Shown here: piece after piece, positions 39,901 to 52,700 of the stretch | How positions within the stretch are numbered: the first letter of the stretch is position 1 | How the letters are laid out: the number at the start of each line of letters is the position of its first letter | Source of the DNA: Eledone cirrhosa | Taxonomy: Eukaryota | Assembly (NCBI GenBank): GCA_964016885.1 | Contig: OZ024744.1 | Coordinates: forward strand, 20,460,001-20,524,000 | Length of the DNA stretch: 64,000 nucleotides | Reading direction: 5' to 3' | The notes under the pieces: model-generated | Told to the model about the DNA's origin: nothing | The model's input: the letters and a program-made list of their open reading frames with translations, nothing else | Database searches by the model: none | Position numbers and translations under genes: made by a program

Positions 39901-42000
39901 TATGAACTGACTCATTTTAACAACAGTTGAATCTTAAGAACTGATTCGTTTTAACAACAGTTGAATCTTAAGATAAAACTCGTTTTAACAACAGTTGAAT
40001 CTTAAGAACTGACTCGTTTTAACAACAGCTGAATCTTAATATAAAACTCGTTTTAACAGCAGTTGAATCTTAAGATAAAACTCGTTTTAACAACAGTTGA
40101 ATCTTAAGCACTGACTCGTTTTAACAACAGTTGAATCTTAAGATAAAACTCGTTTTAACAACAGTTGAATCTTATGAACTAACTCATTTTAACAACAGTT
40201 GAATCTTAAGTTAAGACTCGTTTTAACAACAGTTGAATCTTAAGAACTGACTCGTTTTAACGACAGCTGAATCTTAAGATAAAACTCGTTTTAACAACAG
40301 TTGAATCTTAAGAACTGACTCGTTTTAACAACAGCTGAATCTTAATATAAAACTCGTTTTAACAGCAGTTGAATCTTAAGATAAAACTCGTTTTAACAAC
40401 AGTTGAATCTTAAGAACTGACTCGTTTTAACAACAGTTGAATCTTAAGATAAAACTCGTTTTAACAACAGTTGAATCTTATGAACTAACTCATTTTAACA
40501 ACAGTTGAATCTTAAGATAAAACTCGTTTTACCAACTGTTGAATCTTAAGAACTGACTCGTTTTAAAAACAGCTGAATCTTAAGATATAACTCGTTTTAA
40601 CAACAGTTGAATCTTAAGAACTGACTCGTTTTAACAACAGTGGAATCTTCAAATAAAACTCGTTTTAACAACAGTTGAATCTTAAGAACTGACTCGTTTT
40701 AACAACAGTTGAATCTTAAGATAAAACTCGTTTTAACAACAGTTGAATCTTAAGAACTGACTTGTTTTATCAACAGTTCAACCGTAAGAACTGACTCGTT
40801 TTAACAACAGTTGAATGTTCAAATAAAACTCGTTTTAACAACAGTTGAATCTTAAGAACTGACTCGTTTTAACAACTGTTGAATCTTAAGAACTGACTCG
40901 TTTTAACAACAGTTAAATCTTAATAACTGACTCGTTTTAACAACAGTTGAATATTTAGATAAAACTCGTTTTAACAACAGTTGAATCTTAAGAACTGACT
41001 CGTTTTAACAACAGCTGAATCTTAAGATAAAACTCGTTTTAACAACAGTTGAATCTTAAGAACTGACTCGTTTTAACAACAGTTGAATCTTCAAATAAAA
41101 CTCGTTTTAACAACAGTTGAACATTAAGAACTGACTCGTTTTAACAACAGTTAAATGTTAAGATTAAACTCGTTTTAACAATAGTTGAATCTTAAGAACT
41201 GACTCGTTTTAACAACAGTTGAATCTTAAGATGAAACTCGTTTTAACAACAGATGAATCTTAAGAACTGACTCGTTTTAACAACAGCTGAATCTTCAGAT
41301 AAAACTCGTTTTAACAACAGTTGAATCTTAAGATAAAACTCGTTTTAACAACAGTTGAATCTTAAGAACTGACTCGTTTTAACAACAGTTGAATCTTATG
41401 AACTGACTCATTTTAACAACAATTGAATCTTAAGAACTGTTTCGTTTTAACAACAGTTGAATCTTAAGATAAAACTCGTTTTAACAACAGTTGAATCTTA
41501 AGAACTGACTCGTTTTAGCAACAGCTGAATCTTAAGATAAAACTCGTTTTAACAACAGTTGAATCTTAAGAACTGACTCGTTTTAACAACAGCTGAATCT
41601 TAATATAAAACTCGTTTTAACAGCAGTTGAATCTTAAGATAAAACTCGTTTTAACAACAGTTGAATCTTAAGAACTGACTCGTTTTAACAACAGATGAAT
41701 CTTATGAACTAACTCATTTTAACAACAGTTGAATCTTAAGTTAAGACTCGTTTTAACAACAGTTGAATCTTAAGAACTGACTCATTTTAACGACAGCTGA
41801 ATCTTAAGATAAAACTCGTTTTAACAACAGTTGAATCTTAAGAACTGACTCGTTTTAACAACAGCTGAATCTTAATATAAAACTCGTTTTAACAGCAGTT
41901 GAATCTTAAGATAAAACTCGTTTTAACAACAGTTGAATCTTAAGAACTGACTCGTTTTAACAACAGTTGAATCTTAAGATAAAACTCGTTTTAACAACAG

Positions 42001-45000
42001 TTGAATCTTATGAACTAACTCATTTTAACAACAGTTGAATCTTAAGATAAAACTCGTTTTACCAACTGTTGAATCTTAAGAACTGACTCGTTTTAAAAAC
42101 AGCTGAATCTTAAGATATAACTCGTTTTAACAACAGTTGGATCTTAAGAACTGACTCGATTTAACAACAGTGGAATCTTCAAATAAAACTCGTTTTAACA
42201 ACAGTTGAATCTTAAGAACTGACTCGTTTTAACAACAGTTGAATCTTAAGATAAAACTCGTTTTAACAACAGTTGAATCTTAAGAACTGACTTGTTTTAT
42301 CAACAGTTCAACCGTAAGAACTGACTCGTTTTAACAACAGTTGAATGTTCAAATAAATCTCGTTTTAACAACAGTTGAATGTTCAAATAAATCTCGTTTT
42401 AACAACAGTTGAATCTTAAGAACTGACTCGTTTTAACAACAGTTGAATCTTAAGAACTGACTCGTTTTAACAACAGTTAAATCTTAATCACTGACTCGTT
42501 TTAACAACAGTTGAATATTTAGATAAAACTCGTTTTAACAACAGTTGAATCTTAAGAACTGACTCGTTTTAACAACAGCTGAATCTTAAGATAAAACTCG
42601 TTTTAACAACAGTTGAATCTTAAGAACTGACTCGTTTTAACAACAGCTGAATCTTAAGATAAAACTCGTTTTAACAACAGTTGAATCTTAAGATAAAACT
42701 CGTTTTAACAACAGTTGAATCTTAAGAACTGACTCGTTTTAATAACAGTTGAATCTTCAAATAAAACTCGTTTTAACAACAGTTGAACATTAAGAACTGA
42801 CTCGTTTTAACAACAGTTAAATGTTAAGATTAAACTCGTTTTAACAATAGTTGAATCTTAAGAACTGACTCGTTTTAACAACAGTTGAATCTTAAGATAA
42901 AACTCGTTTTAACAACAGTTGAATCTTAAGAACTGACTCGTTTTAACAACAGCTGAATCTTAAGATAACACTCGTTTTAACAACAGTTGAATCTTAAGAT
43001 AAAACTCATTTTAACAACAGTTGAATCTTAAGAACTGACTCGTTTTAACAACAGTTGAATCTTAAGATAAAACTCGTTTTAACAACAGTTGAATATTATG
43101 AACTAACTCATTTTAACAACAGTTGAATCTTAAGTTAAGACTCGTTTTAACAACAGTTGAATCTTAAGAACTGACTCGTTTTAACGACAGCTGTATCTTA
43201 AGATAAAACTCGTTTTAACAACAGTTGAATCTTAAAGATAAAACTCGCTTTAACAACAGTTGAATCTTAAGAACTGACTCGTTTTAACAACAGTTGAATC
43301 TTAAGACAAAACCCGTTTTAACAACAGTTGAATCTTAAGAACTGTCTCGTTTTAACAACAGTTGAATCTTAAGATAAACCTCGTTTTAACAACAGTTTAA
43401 TCTTAAGAACTGACTCGTTTTAACAACAGTTGAATCTTAAGACAAAACTCGTTTTAACAACAGTTGAATCTTAAGAACTGACTTGTTCTAACAACAGTTC
43501 AGCCTTAAGAACTGACTCGTTTTAAAACAGTTGAATCGTTAGAACTGACTCGTTTTAACAACAGTTGAATCTTAAAATAAAACTCGTTTTAACAATAGTT
43601 GAATCTCAAGAACTGACTCGTTTTAGCAACAGTTGAATCTTAAAATAACACTCGTTTTCATAACAGTTGAATCTTAAGAACTGACTCGTTTTAACAACAG
43701 TTAAATCTTAATAACTGACTCGTTTTAACAACAGCTGAATCTTAAGATAAAACTCGTTTTAACAACAGTTGAATCTTAAGATAAAACTCGTTTTAACAAC
43801 AGTTGAATCTTATGAACTAACTCATTTTAACAACAGTTGAATCTTAAGATAAAACTCGTTTTACCAACTGTTGAATCTTAAGAACTGACTCGTTTTAAAA
43901 ACAGCTGAATCTTAAGATATAACTCGTTTTAACAACAGTTGGATCTTAAGAACTGACTCGATTTAACAACAGTGGAATCTTCAAATAAAACTCGTTTTAA
44001 CAACAGTTGAATCTTAAGAACTGACTCGTTTTAACAACAGTTGAATCTTAAGATAAAACTCGTTTTAACAACAGTTGAATCTTAAGAACTGACTCGTTTT
44101 AACAACAGTTAAATCTTAATAACTGACTCGTTTTAACAACAGTTGAATGTTAAGATAAAACTCGTTTTAACAATAGTTGAATCTTAAGAACTGACTCGTT
44201 TTAACAACAGTTGAATCTTAATATAAAACTCGTTTTAACAACTGTTGAATCTTAAAAACTGACTCGTTTTAACAACAGCTGAATCTTAAGATAAAACTCG
44301 TTTTAACAACAGTTGAATCTTAAGAACTGACTCGTTTTAACAACAGTTGAATCTTCAAATAAAACTCGTTTTAACAACAGTTGAATCTTAAGAACTGACT
44401 CGTTTTAACAACAGTTGAATGTTAAGATAAAACTCGTTTTAACGATAGTTGAATCTTAAGAACTGACTCGTTTTAACAACAGTTGAATCTTAAGATAAAA
44501 CTCCTTTTAACAACAATTGAATCTTAAGAACTGACTCGTTTTAACAACAGCTGAATCTTAAGATAAAGCTCGTTTTAACAACAGTTCAAACTTAAGAAAT
44601 GACTCGTTTTAACAAAAGTTGAATCTTATGAACTCACTCATTTTAACAACAGTTGAATCTTAAGATAACATTCGTTTTAACAACAGTTGAATCTTAAGAA
44701 CTGATTCGTTTTAACAACAGTTGAATCTTAAGATAAAACTCGTTTTAACAACAGTTGAATCTTAAGAACGGACTCGTTTTAACAACAGTTGAATCTTAAG
44801 AACTGATTCGTTTTAACAACAGTTCAAACTTAAGAACTGACTCGTTTTAACAACAGTTGAATCTTATGAACTGACTCATTTTAACAACAGTTGAATCTTA
44901 AGATAACATTCGTTTTAACAACAGTTGAATCTTAAGAACAGACTCGTTTTAACAACAGTTGAATTTTAAAGATAAAACTCGTTTCAACAACAGTTGAATC

Positions 45001-46790
45001 TTAAAGATAAAACTCGTTTCAACAACAGTTGAATCTTAAGAACTGACTCGTTTTAACAACAGCTGAATCTTAAGATAAAACTCGTTTTAACAACAGTTGA
45101 ATCTTAAGATAAAACTCGTTTTAACAACAGTTGAATCTTATGAACTAACTCATTTTAACAACAGTTGAATCTTAAGATAAAACTCGTTTTACCAACTGTT
45201 GAATCTTAAGAACTGACTCGTTTTAAAAACAGCTGAATCTTAAGATATAACTCGTTTTAACAACAGTTGGATCTTAAGAACTGACTCGATTTAACAACAG
45301 TGGAATCTTCAAATAAAACTCGTTTTAACAACAGTTGAATCTTAAGAACTGACTCGTTTTAACAACAGTTGAATCTTAAGATAAAACTCGTTTTAACAAC
45401 AGTTGAATCTTAAGAACTGACTTGTTTTATCAACAGTTCAACCGTAAGAACTGACTCGTTTTAACAACAGTTGAATGTTCAAATAAATCTCGTTTTAACA
45501 ACAGTTGAATCTTAAGAACTGACTCGTTTTAACAACAGTTGAATCTTAAGAACTGACTCGTTTTAACAACAGTTAAATCTTAATCACTGACTCGTTTTAA
45601 CAACAGTTGAATATTTAGATAAAACTCGTTTTAACAACAGTTGAATCTTAAGAACTGACTCGTTTTAACAACAGCTGAATCTTAAGATAAAACTCGTTTT
45701 AACAACAGTTGAATCTTAAGAACTGACTCGTTTTAACAACAGCTGAATCTTAAGATAAAACTCGTTTTAACAACAGTTGAATCTTAAGATAAAACTCGTT
45801 TTAACAACAGTTGAATCTTAAGAACTGACTCGTTTTAATAACAGTTGAATCTTCAAATAAAACTCGTTTTAACAACAGTTGAACATTAAGAACTGACTCG
45901 TTTTAACAACAGTTAAATGTTAAGATTAAACTCGTTTTAACAATAGTTGAATCTTAAGAACTGACTCGTTTTAACAACAGTTGAATCTTAAGATAAAACT
46001 CGTTTTAACAACAGTTGAATCTTAAGAACTGACTCGTTTTAACAACAGCTGAATCTTAAGATAACACTCGTTTTAACAACAGTTGAATCTTAAGATAAAA
46101 CTCGTTTTAACAACAGTTGAATCTTAAGAACTGACTCGTTTTAACAACAGTTGAATCTTAAGATAAAACTCGTTTTAACAACAGTTGAATATTATGAACT
46201 AACTCATTTTAACAACAGTTGAATCTTAAGTTAAGACTCGTTTTAACAACAGTTGAATCTTAAGAACTGACTCGTTTTAACGACAGCTGTATCTTAAGAT
46301 AAAACTCGTTTTAACAACAGTTGAATCTTAAAGATAAAACTCGCTTTAACAACAGTTGAATCTTAAGAACTGACTCGTTTTAACAACAGTTGAATCTTAA
46401 GACAAAACCCGTTTTAACAACAGTTGAATCTTAAGAACTGTCTCGTTTTAACAACAGTTTAATCTTAAGAACTGACTCGTTTTAACAACAGTTGAATCTT
46501 AAGACAAAACTCGTTTTAACAACAGTTGAATCTTAAGAACTGACTTGTTCTAACAACAGTTCAGCCTTAAGAACTGACTCGTTTTAAAACAGTTGAATCG
46601 TTAGAACTGACTCGTTTTAACAACAGTTGAATCTTAAAATAAAACTCGTTTTAACAATAGTTGAATCTCAAGAACTGACTCGTTTTAGCAACAGTTGAAT
46701 CTTAAAATAACACTCGTTTTCATAACAGTTGAATCTTAAGAACTGACTCGTTTTAACAACAGTTAAATCTTAATAACTGACTCGTTTTAA
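42001..46790. repeat. Higher-order duplication, period ~3.10-3.13 kb (~42.0-43.7 kb recurs at ~45.1-46.8 kb)
   Basis: ACTCGATTTA 42154/45284 (3130); TAATCACTG 42485/45581 (3096, after loss of one twin monomer). Confidence 0.8.
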
Positions 46791-49700
46791 CAACAGTTGA
46801 ATGTTAAGATAAAACTCGTTTTAACAATAGTTGAATCTTAAGAACTGACTCGTTTTAACAACAGTTGAATCTTAATATAAAACTCGTTTTAACAACTGTT
46901 GAATCTTAAGAACTGACTCGTTTTAACAACAGCTGAATCTTAAGATAAAACTCGTTTTAACAACAGTTGAATCTTAAGAACTGACTCGTTTTAACAACAG
47001 TTGAATGTTAAGATAAAACTCGTTTTAACGATAGTTGAATCTTAAGAACTGACTCGTTTTAACAACAGTTGAATCTTAAGATAAAACTCCTTTTAACAAC
47101 AGTTGAATCTTAAGAACTGACTCGTTTTAACAACAGCTGAATCCTAAGATAAAGCTCGTTTTAACAACAGTTCAAACTTAAGAAATGACTCGTTTTAACA
47201 AAAGTTGAATCTTATGAACTCACTCATTTTAACAACAGTTGAATCTTAAGATAACATTCGTTTTAACAACAGTTGAATCTTAAGAACTGATTCGTTTTAA
47301 CAACAGTTGAATCTTAAGATAAAACTCGTTTTAACAACAGTTGAATCTTAAGAACGGACTCGTTTTAACAACAGTTGAATCTTAAGAACTGATTCGTTTT
47401 AACAACAGTTCAAACTTAAGAACTGACTCGTTTTAACAACAGTTGAATCTTATGAACTGACTCATTTTAACAACAGTTGAATCTTAAGATAACATTCGTT
47501 TTAACAACAGTTGAATCTTAAGAACAGACTCGTTTTAACAACAGTTGAATCTTAAAGATAAAACTCGTTTCAACAACAGTTGAATCTTAAAGATAAAACT
47601 CGTTTCAACAACAGTTGAATCTTAAGAACTGACTCGTTTTAACAACAGCTGAATCTTAAGATAAAACTCGTTTTAACAACAGTTGAATCTTAAGATAAAA
47701 CTCGTTTTAACAACAGTTGAATCTTAAGAACTGACTCGTTTTAACAACAGTTGAATCTTAAGATAAAACTCGTTTGAACAACAGTTGAATCTTATGAACT
47801 AACTAATTTTTACAACAGTTGAATCTTAAGTTAAGACTCGTTTTAACAACAGTTGAATCTTAAGAACTGACTCGTTTTAACAACAGATGAATCTTAAGAT
47901 AAAACTCCTTTTAACAACAGTTGAATCTTAAAGATAAAACTCGCTTTAACAACAGTTGAATCTTAAGACAAAACCCGTTTTAACAACAGTTGAATCTTAA
48001 GAACTGTCTCGTTTTAACAACAGTTCAGCCGTACGAACTGACTCATTTTAACAACAGTTGAACCTTAAGAAATGACTCGTTTTAACAACAGTTGAATCTT
48101 AAGATAAAACTCGTTTTAACAACAGTTGAATCTTAAGAACTGACTTGTTTTATCAACAGTTCAACCGTAAGAACTGACTCGTTTTAACAACAGTTGAATG
48201 TTCAAATAAAACTCGTTTTAACAACAGTTGAATCTTAATAACTGACTCGTTTTAACAACAGTTGAATCTTAAGAACTGACTCGTTTTAACAACAGTTAAA
48301 TCTTAATAACTGACTCGTTTTAACAACAGTTGAATATTTAGATAAAACTCGTTTTAACAACAGTTGAATCTTAAAAACTGACTCGTTTTAACAACAGTTG
48401 AATGTTAAGATAAAACTCGTTTTAACAATAGTTGAATCTTAAGAACTGACTCGTTTTAACAACAGTTGAATCTTAAGATAAAACTCGTTTTAACAACAGT
48501 TGAATCTTAAGAACTGACTCGTTTTAACAACAGATGAATCTTAAGATAAAACTCGTTTTAACAACAGTTGAATCTTAAGAACTGACTTGTTTTATCAACA
48601 GTTCAACCGCACGAACTGACTCGTTTTAACAACAGTTGATTCTTCAAATAAAACTCGTTTTAACAACAGTTGAATCTTAAGAAATGACTCGTTTTAACAA
48701 CAGTTGAATCTTAAGATAAAACTCGTTTTAACAACAGTTGAATCTTAAGAACTGACTCGTTTTAACAACTGCTGAATCTTAAGATAAAACTCGTTTTAAC
48801 AACAGTTGAATCTTAAGAACTGACTTGTTTTATCAACAGTTCAACCGTAAGAACTGACTCGTTTTAACAACAGTTGAATCTTCAAATAAAACTCGTTTTA
48901 ACAACAGTTGAATCTTAAGAACTGACTCGTTTTAACAACAGTTGAATCTTAAGAACTGACTCGTTTTAACAACAGTTGAATCTTAAGAACTGACTCGTTT
49001 TAACAACAGTTAAATCTTAATAACTGACTCGTTTTAACAACAGTTGAATGTTAAGATAAAACTCGTTTTAACAACAGTTGAATCTGAAGAACTGACTCGT
49101 TTTAACAACAGCTGAATCTTAATATAAAACTCGTTTTAACAACAGTTGAATCTTAAGAACTGACTCGTTTTAACAACAGCTGAATCTTCAAATAAAACTC
49201 GTTTTAACAACAGTTGAATCTTAAGAACTGACTCGTTTTAACAACAGTTGAAACTTAAGATAACATTCGTTTTAACAACAGTTGAATCTTAAGAACTGAT
49301 TCTTTTTAACAACAGTTGAATCTTAAGATAAAACTCGTTTTAACAACAGTTGAATCTTAAGAACTGACTCGTTTTAACAACAGCTGAATCTTAAGATAAA
49401 ACTCGTTTTAACAACAGTTGAATCTTAAGAACTGACTCGTTTTATCAACAGTTCAACCTTAAGAACTGATTCGTTTTAACAACAGTTGAATCTTAAGAAC
49501 TGACTCGTTTTGACAACAGTTGAATCTTAAGGACTGACTCGTTTTAACAACAGTTGAATCTTATGAACTGACTCATTTTAACAACAATTGAATCTGAAGA
49601 TAACATTCGTTTTAACAACAGTTGAATCTTAAGAACTGACTCGTTTTATCAACAGTTCAACCTTAAGAAGTAACTCGTTTTAACAACAGTTGAATCATCA

Positions 49701-52700
49701 AATCAAACTCGTTCTAACAACAGTTGAATCTTAAGAACTGTCTCGTTGTAACAACAGTTGAATCTTAAGATAAAACTCGTTTTAACAACAGTTGAATCTT
49801 AAGAACTGACTCATTTTAACAACAGTTGAATCTTAAGATAAAACTCGTTTTAACAACAGTTGAATCTTAAGAACTGACTCGTTTTAACAACAGCTGAATC
49901 TTAAGATAAAACTCGTTTTAACAACAGTTGAATCTTAAGAACTGAGTTGTTTTAACATCAGTTCAACCTTAAGAGCTGACTCGTTTAACAACAGTTGAAT
50001 CTTCAAATAAAACTCGTTTTAACAACAGTTGAAAATTAAGAACTGACTCGTTTTAACAACAGTTGAATCTAAAGATAAAACTAGTTTTAACAACAGTTGA
50101 ATCTTAAGAACTGACTCGTTTTAACAACAGTTGAATGTTAAGATAAAACTCGTTTTAACAATAGTTGAATCTTAAGAACTGACTCGTTTTAACAACAGTT
50201 GAATCTTAAGATAAAACTCGTTTTACCAACTGTTGAATCTTAAGAACTGACTCGTTTTAAAAACAGCTGAATCTTAAGATATAACTCGTTTTAACAACAG
50301 TTGGATCTTAAGAACTGACTCGTTTTAACAACAGTGGAATCTTCAAATAAAACTCGTTTTAACAACAGTTGAATCTTAAGAACTGACTCGTTTTAACAAC
50401 AGTTGAATCTTAAGATAAAACTCGTTTTAACAACAGTTGAATCTTAAGAACTGACTTGTTTTATCAACAGTTCAACCGTAAGAACTGACTCGTTTTAACA
50501 ACAGTTGAATCTTAAGAACTGACTCGTTTTAACAACAGTTGAATCTTAAGAACTGACTCGTTTTAACAACAGTTAAATCTTAATAACTGACTCGTTTTAA
50601 CAACAGTTGAATATTTAGATAAAACTCGTTTTAACAACAGTTGAATCTTAAGAACTGACTCGTTTTAACAACAGCTGAATCTTAAGATAAAACTCGTTTT
50701 AACAACAGTTGAATCTTAAGAACTGACTCGTTTTAACAACAGTTGAATCTTCAAATAAAACTCGTTTTAACAACAGTTGAACATTAAGAACTGACTCGTT
50801 TTAACAACAGTTAAATGTTAAGATAAAACTCGTTTTAACAATAGTTGAATCTTAAGAACTGACTCGTTTTAACAACAGTTGAATCTTAAGATAAAACTCG
50901 TTTTAACAACAGTTGAATCTTAAGAACTGACTCGTTTTAACAACAGCTGAATCTTAAGATAAAACTCGTTTTAACAACAGTTGAATCTTAAGATAAAACT
51001 CGTTTTAACAACAGTTGAATCTTAAGAACTGACTCGTTTTAACAACATTTGAATCTTAAGATAAAACTCGTTTTAACAACAGTTGAATCTTATGAACTAA
51101 CTCATTTTAACAACAGTTGAATCTTAAGTTAAGACTCGTTTTAACAACAGTTGAATCTTAAGAACTGACTCGTTTTAACGACAGCTGTATCTTAAGATAA
51201 AACTCGTTTTAACAACAGTTGAATCTTAAAGATAAAACTCGCTTTAACAACAGTTGAATCTTAAGAACTGACTCGTTTTAACAACAGTTGAATCTTAAGA
51301 TAAACCTCGTTTTAACAACAGTTTAATCCTAAGAACTGACTCGTTTTAACAACAGTTGAATCTTAAGACAAAACTCGTTTTAACAACAGTTGAATCTTAA
51401 GAACTGACTTGTTCTAACAGCAGTTCAGCCTTAAGAACTGACTCGTTTTAAAACAGTTGAATCGTTACAACTGACTCGTTTTAACAACAGTTGAATCTTA
51501 AAATAAAACTCGTTTTAACAATAGTTGAATCTCAAGAACTGACTCGTTTTAGCAACAGTTGAATCTTAAGATAACACTCGTTTTCATAACAGTTGAATCC
51601 TAAGAACTGTCTCGTTTTAACAACAGTTGAATCTTAAGATAAACCTCGTTTTAACAACAGTTGAATCTTAAGAACTGACTCGTTTTAACAACAGTTAAAT
51701 CTTAATAACTGACTCGTTTTAACAACAGCTGAATCTTAAGATAAAACTCGTTTTAACAACAGTTGAATCTTAAGAACTGACTCGTTTTAACAACAGTTGA
51801 ATCTTAAGATAAAACTCGTTTTAACAACTTTTGAATCTTAAGAACTGACTCGTTTTAACAACAGCTGAATCTTAAGATAAAACTCGTTTTAACACCAGTT
51901 GAATCTTAAGAACTGACTCGTTTTAACAACAGTTGAATCTTCAAATAACACTCGTTTTAACAACAGTTGAATCTTAAGAACTGACTCGTTTTAACAACAG
52001 TTGAATGTTAAGATAAAACTCGTTTTAACAATAGTTGAATCTTAAGAACTGACTCGTTTTAACAACAGTTGAATCTTAAGATAAAACTCGTTTTAACAAC
52101 AGTTGAATCTTAAGAACTGACTCGTTTTAACAACAGCTGAATCTTAAGATAAAACTCGTTTTAACAACAGTTCATACTTAAGAAATGACTCGTTTTAACA
52201 AAAGTTGAATCTTATGAACTCACTCATTTTAACAACAGTTGAATCTTAAGATAACATTCGTTTTAACAACAGTTGAATCTTAAGAACTGATTCGTTTTAA
52301 CAACAGTTGAATCTTAAGATAAAACTCGTTTTAACAACAGTTGAATCTTAAGAACGGACTCGTTTTAACAACAGCTGAATCTTAAGATAAAACTCGTTTT
52401 AACAACAGTTGAATCTTAAGAACTGATTCGTTTTAACAACAGTTCAAACTTAAGAACTGACTCGTTTTAACAACAGTTGAATCTTATGAACCGACTCATT
52501 TTAACAACAGTTGAATCTTAAGATAACATTCGTTTTAACAACAGTTGAATCTTAAGAACAGACTCGTTTTAACAACAGTTGAATCTTAAAGATAAAACTC
52601 GTTTCAACAACAGTTGAATCTTAAAGATAAAACTCGTTTCAACAACAGTTGAATCTTAAGAACTGACTCGTTTTAACAACAGCTGAATCTTAAGATAAAA

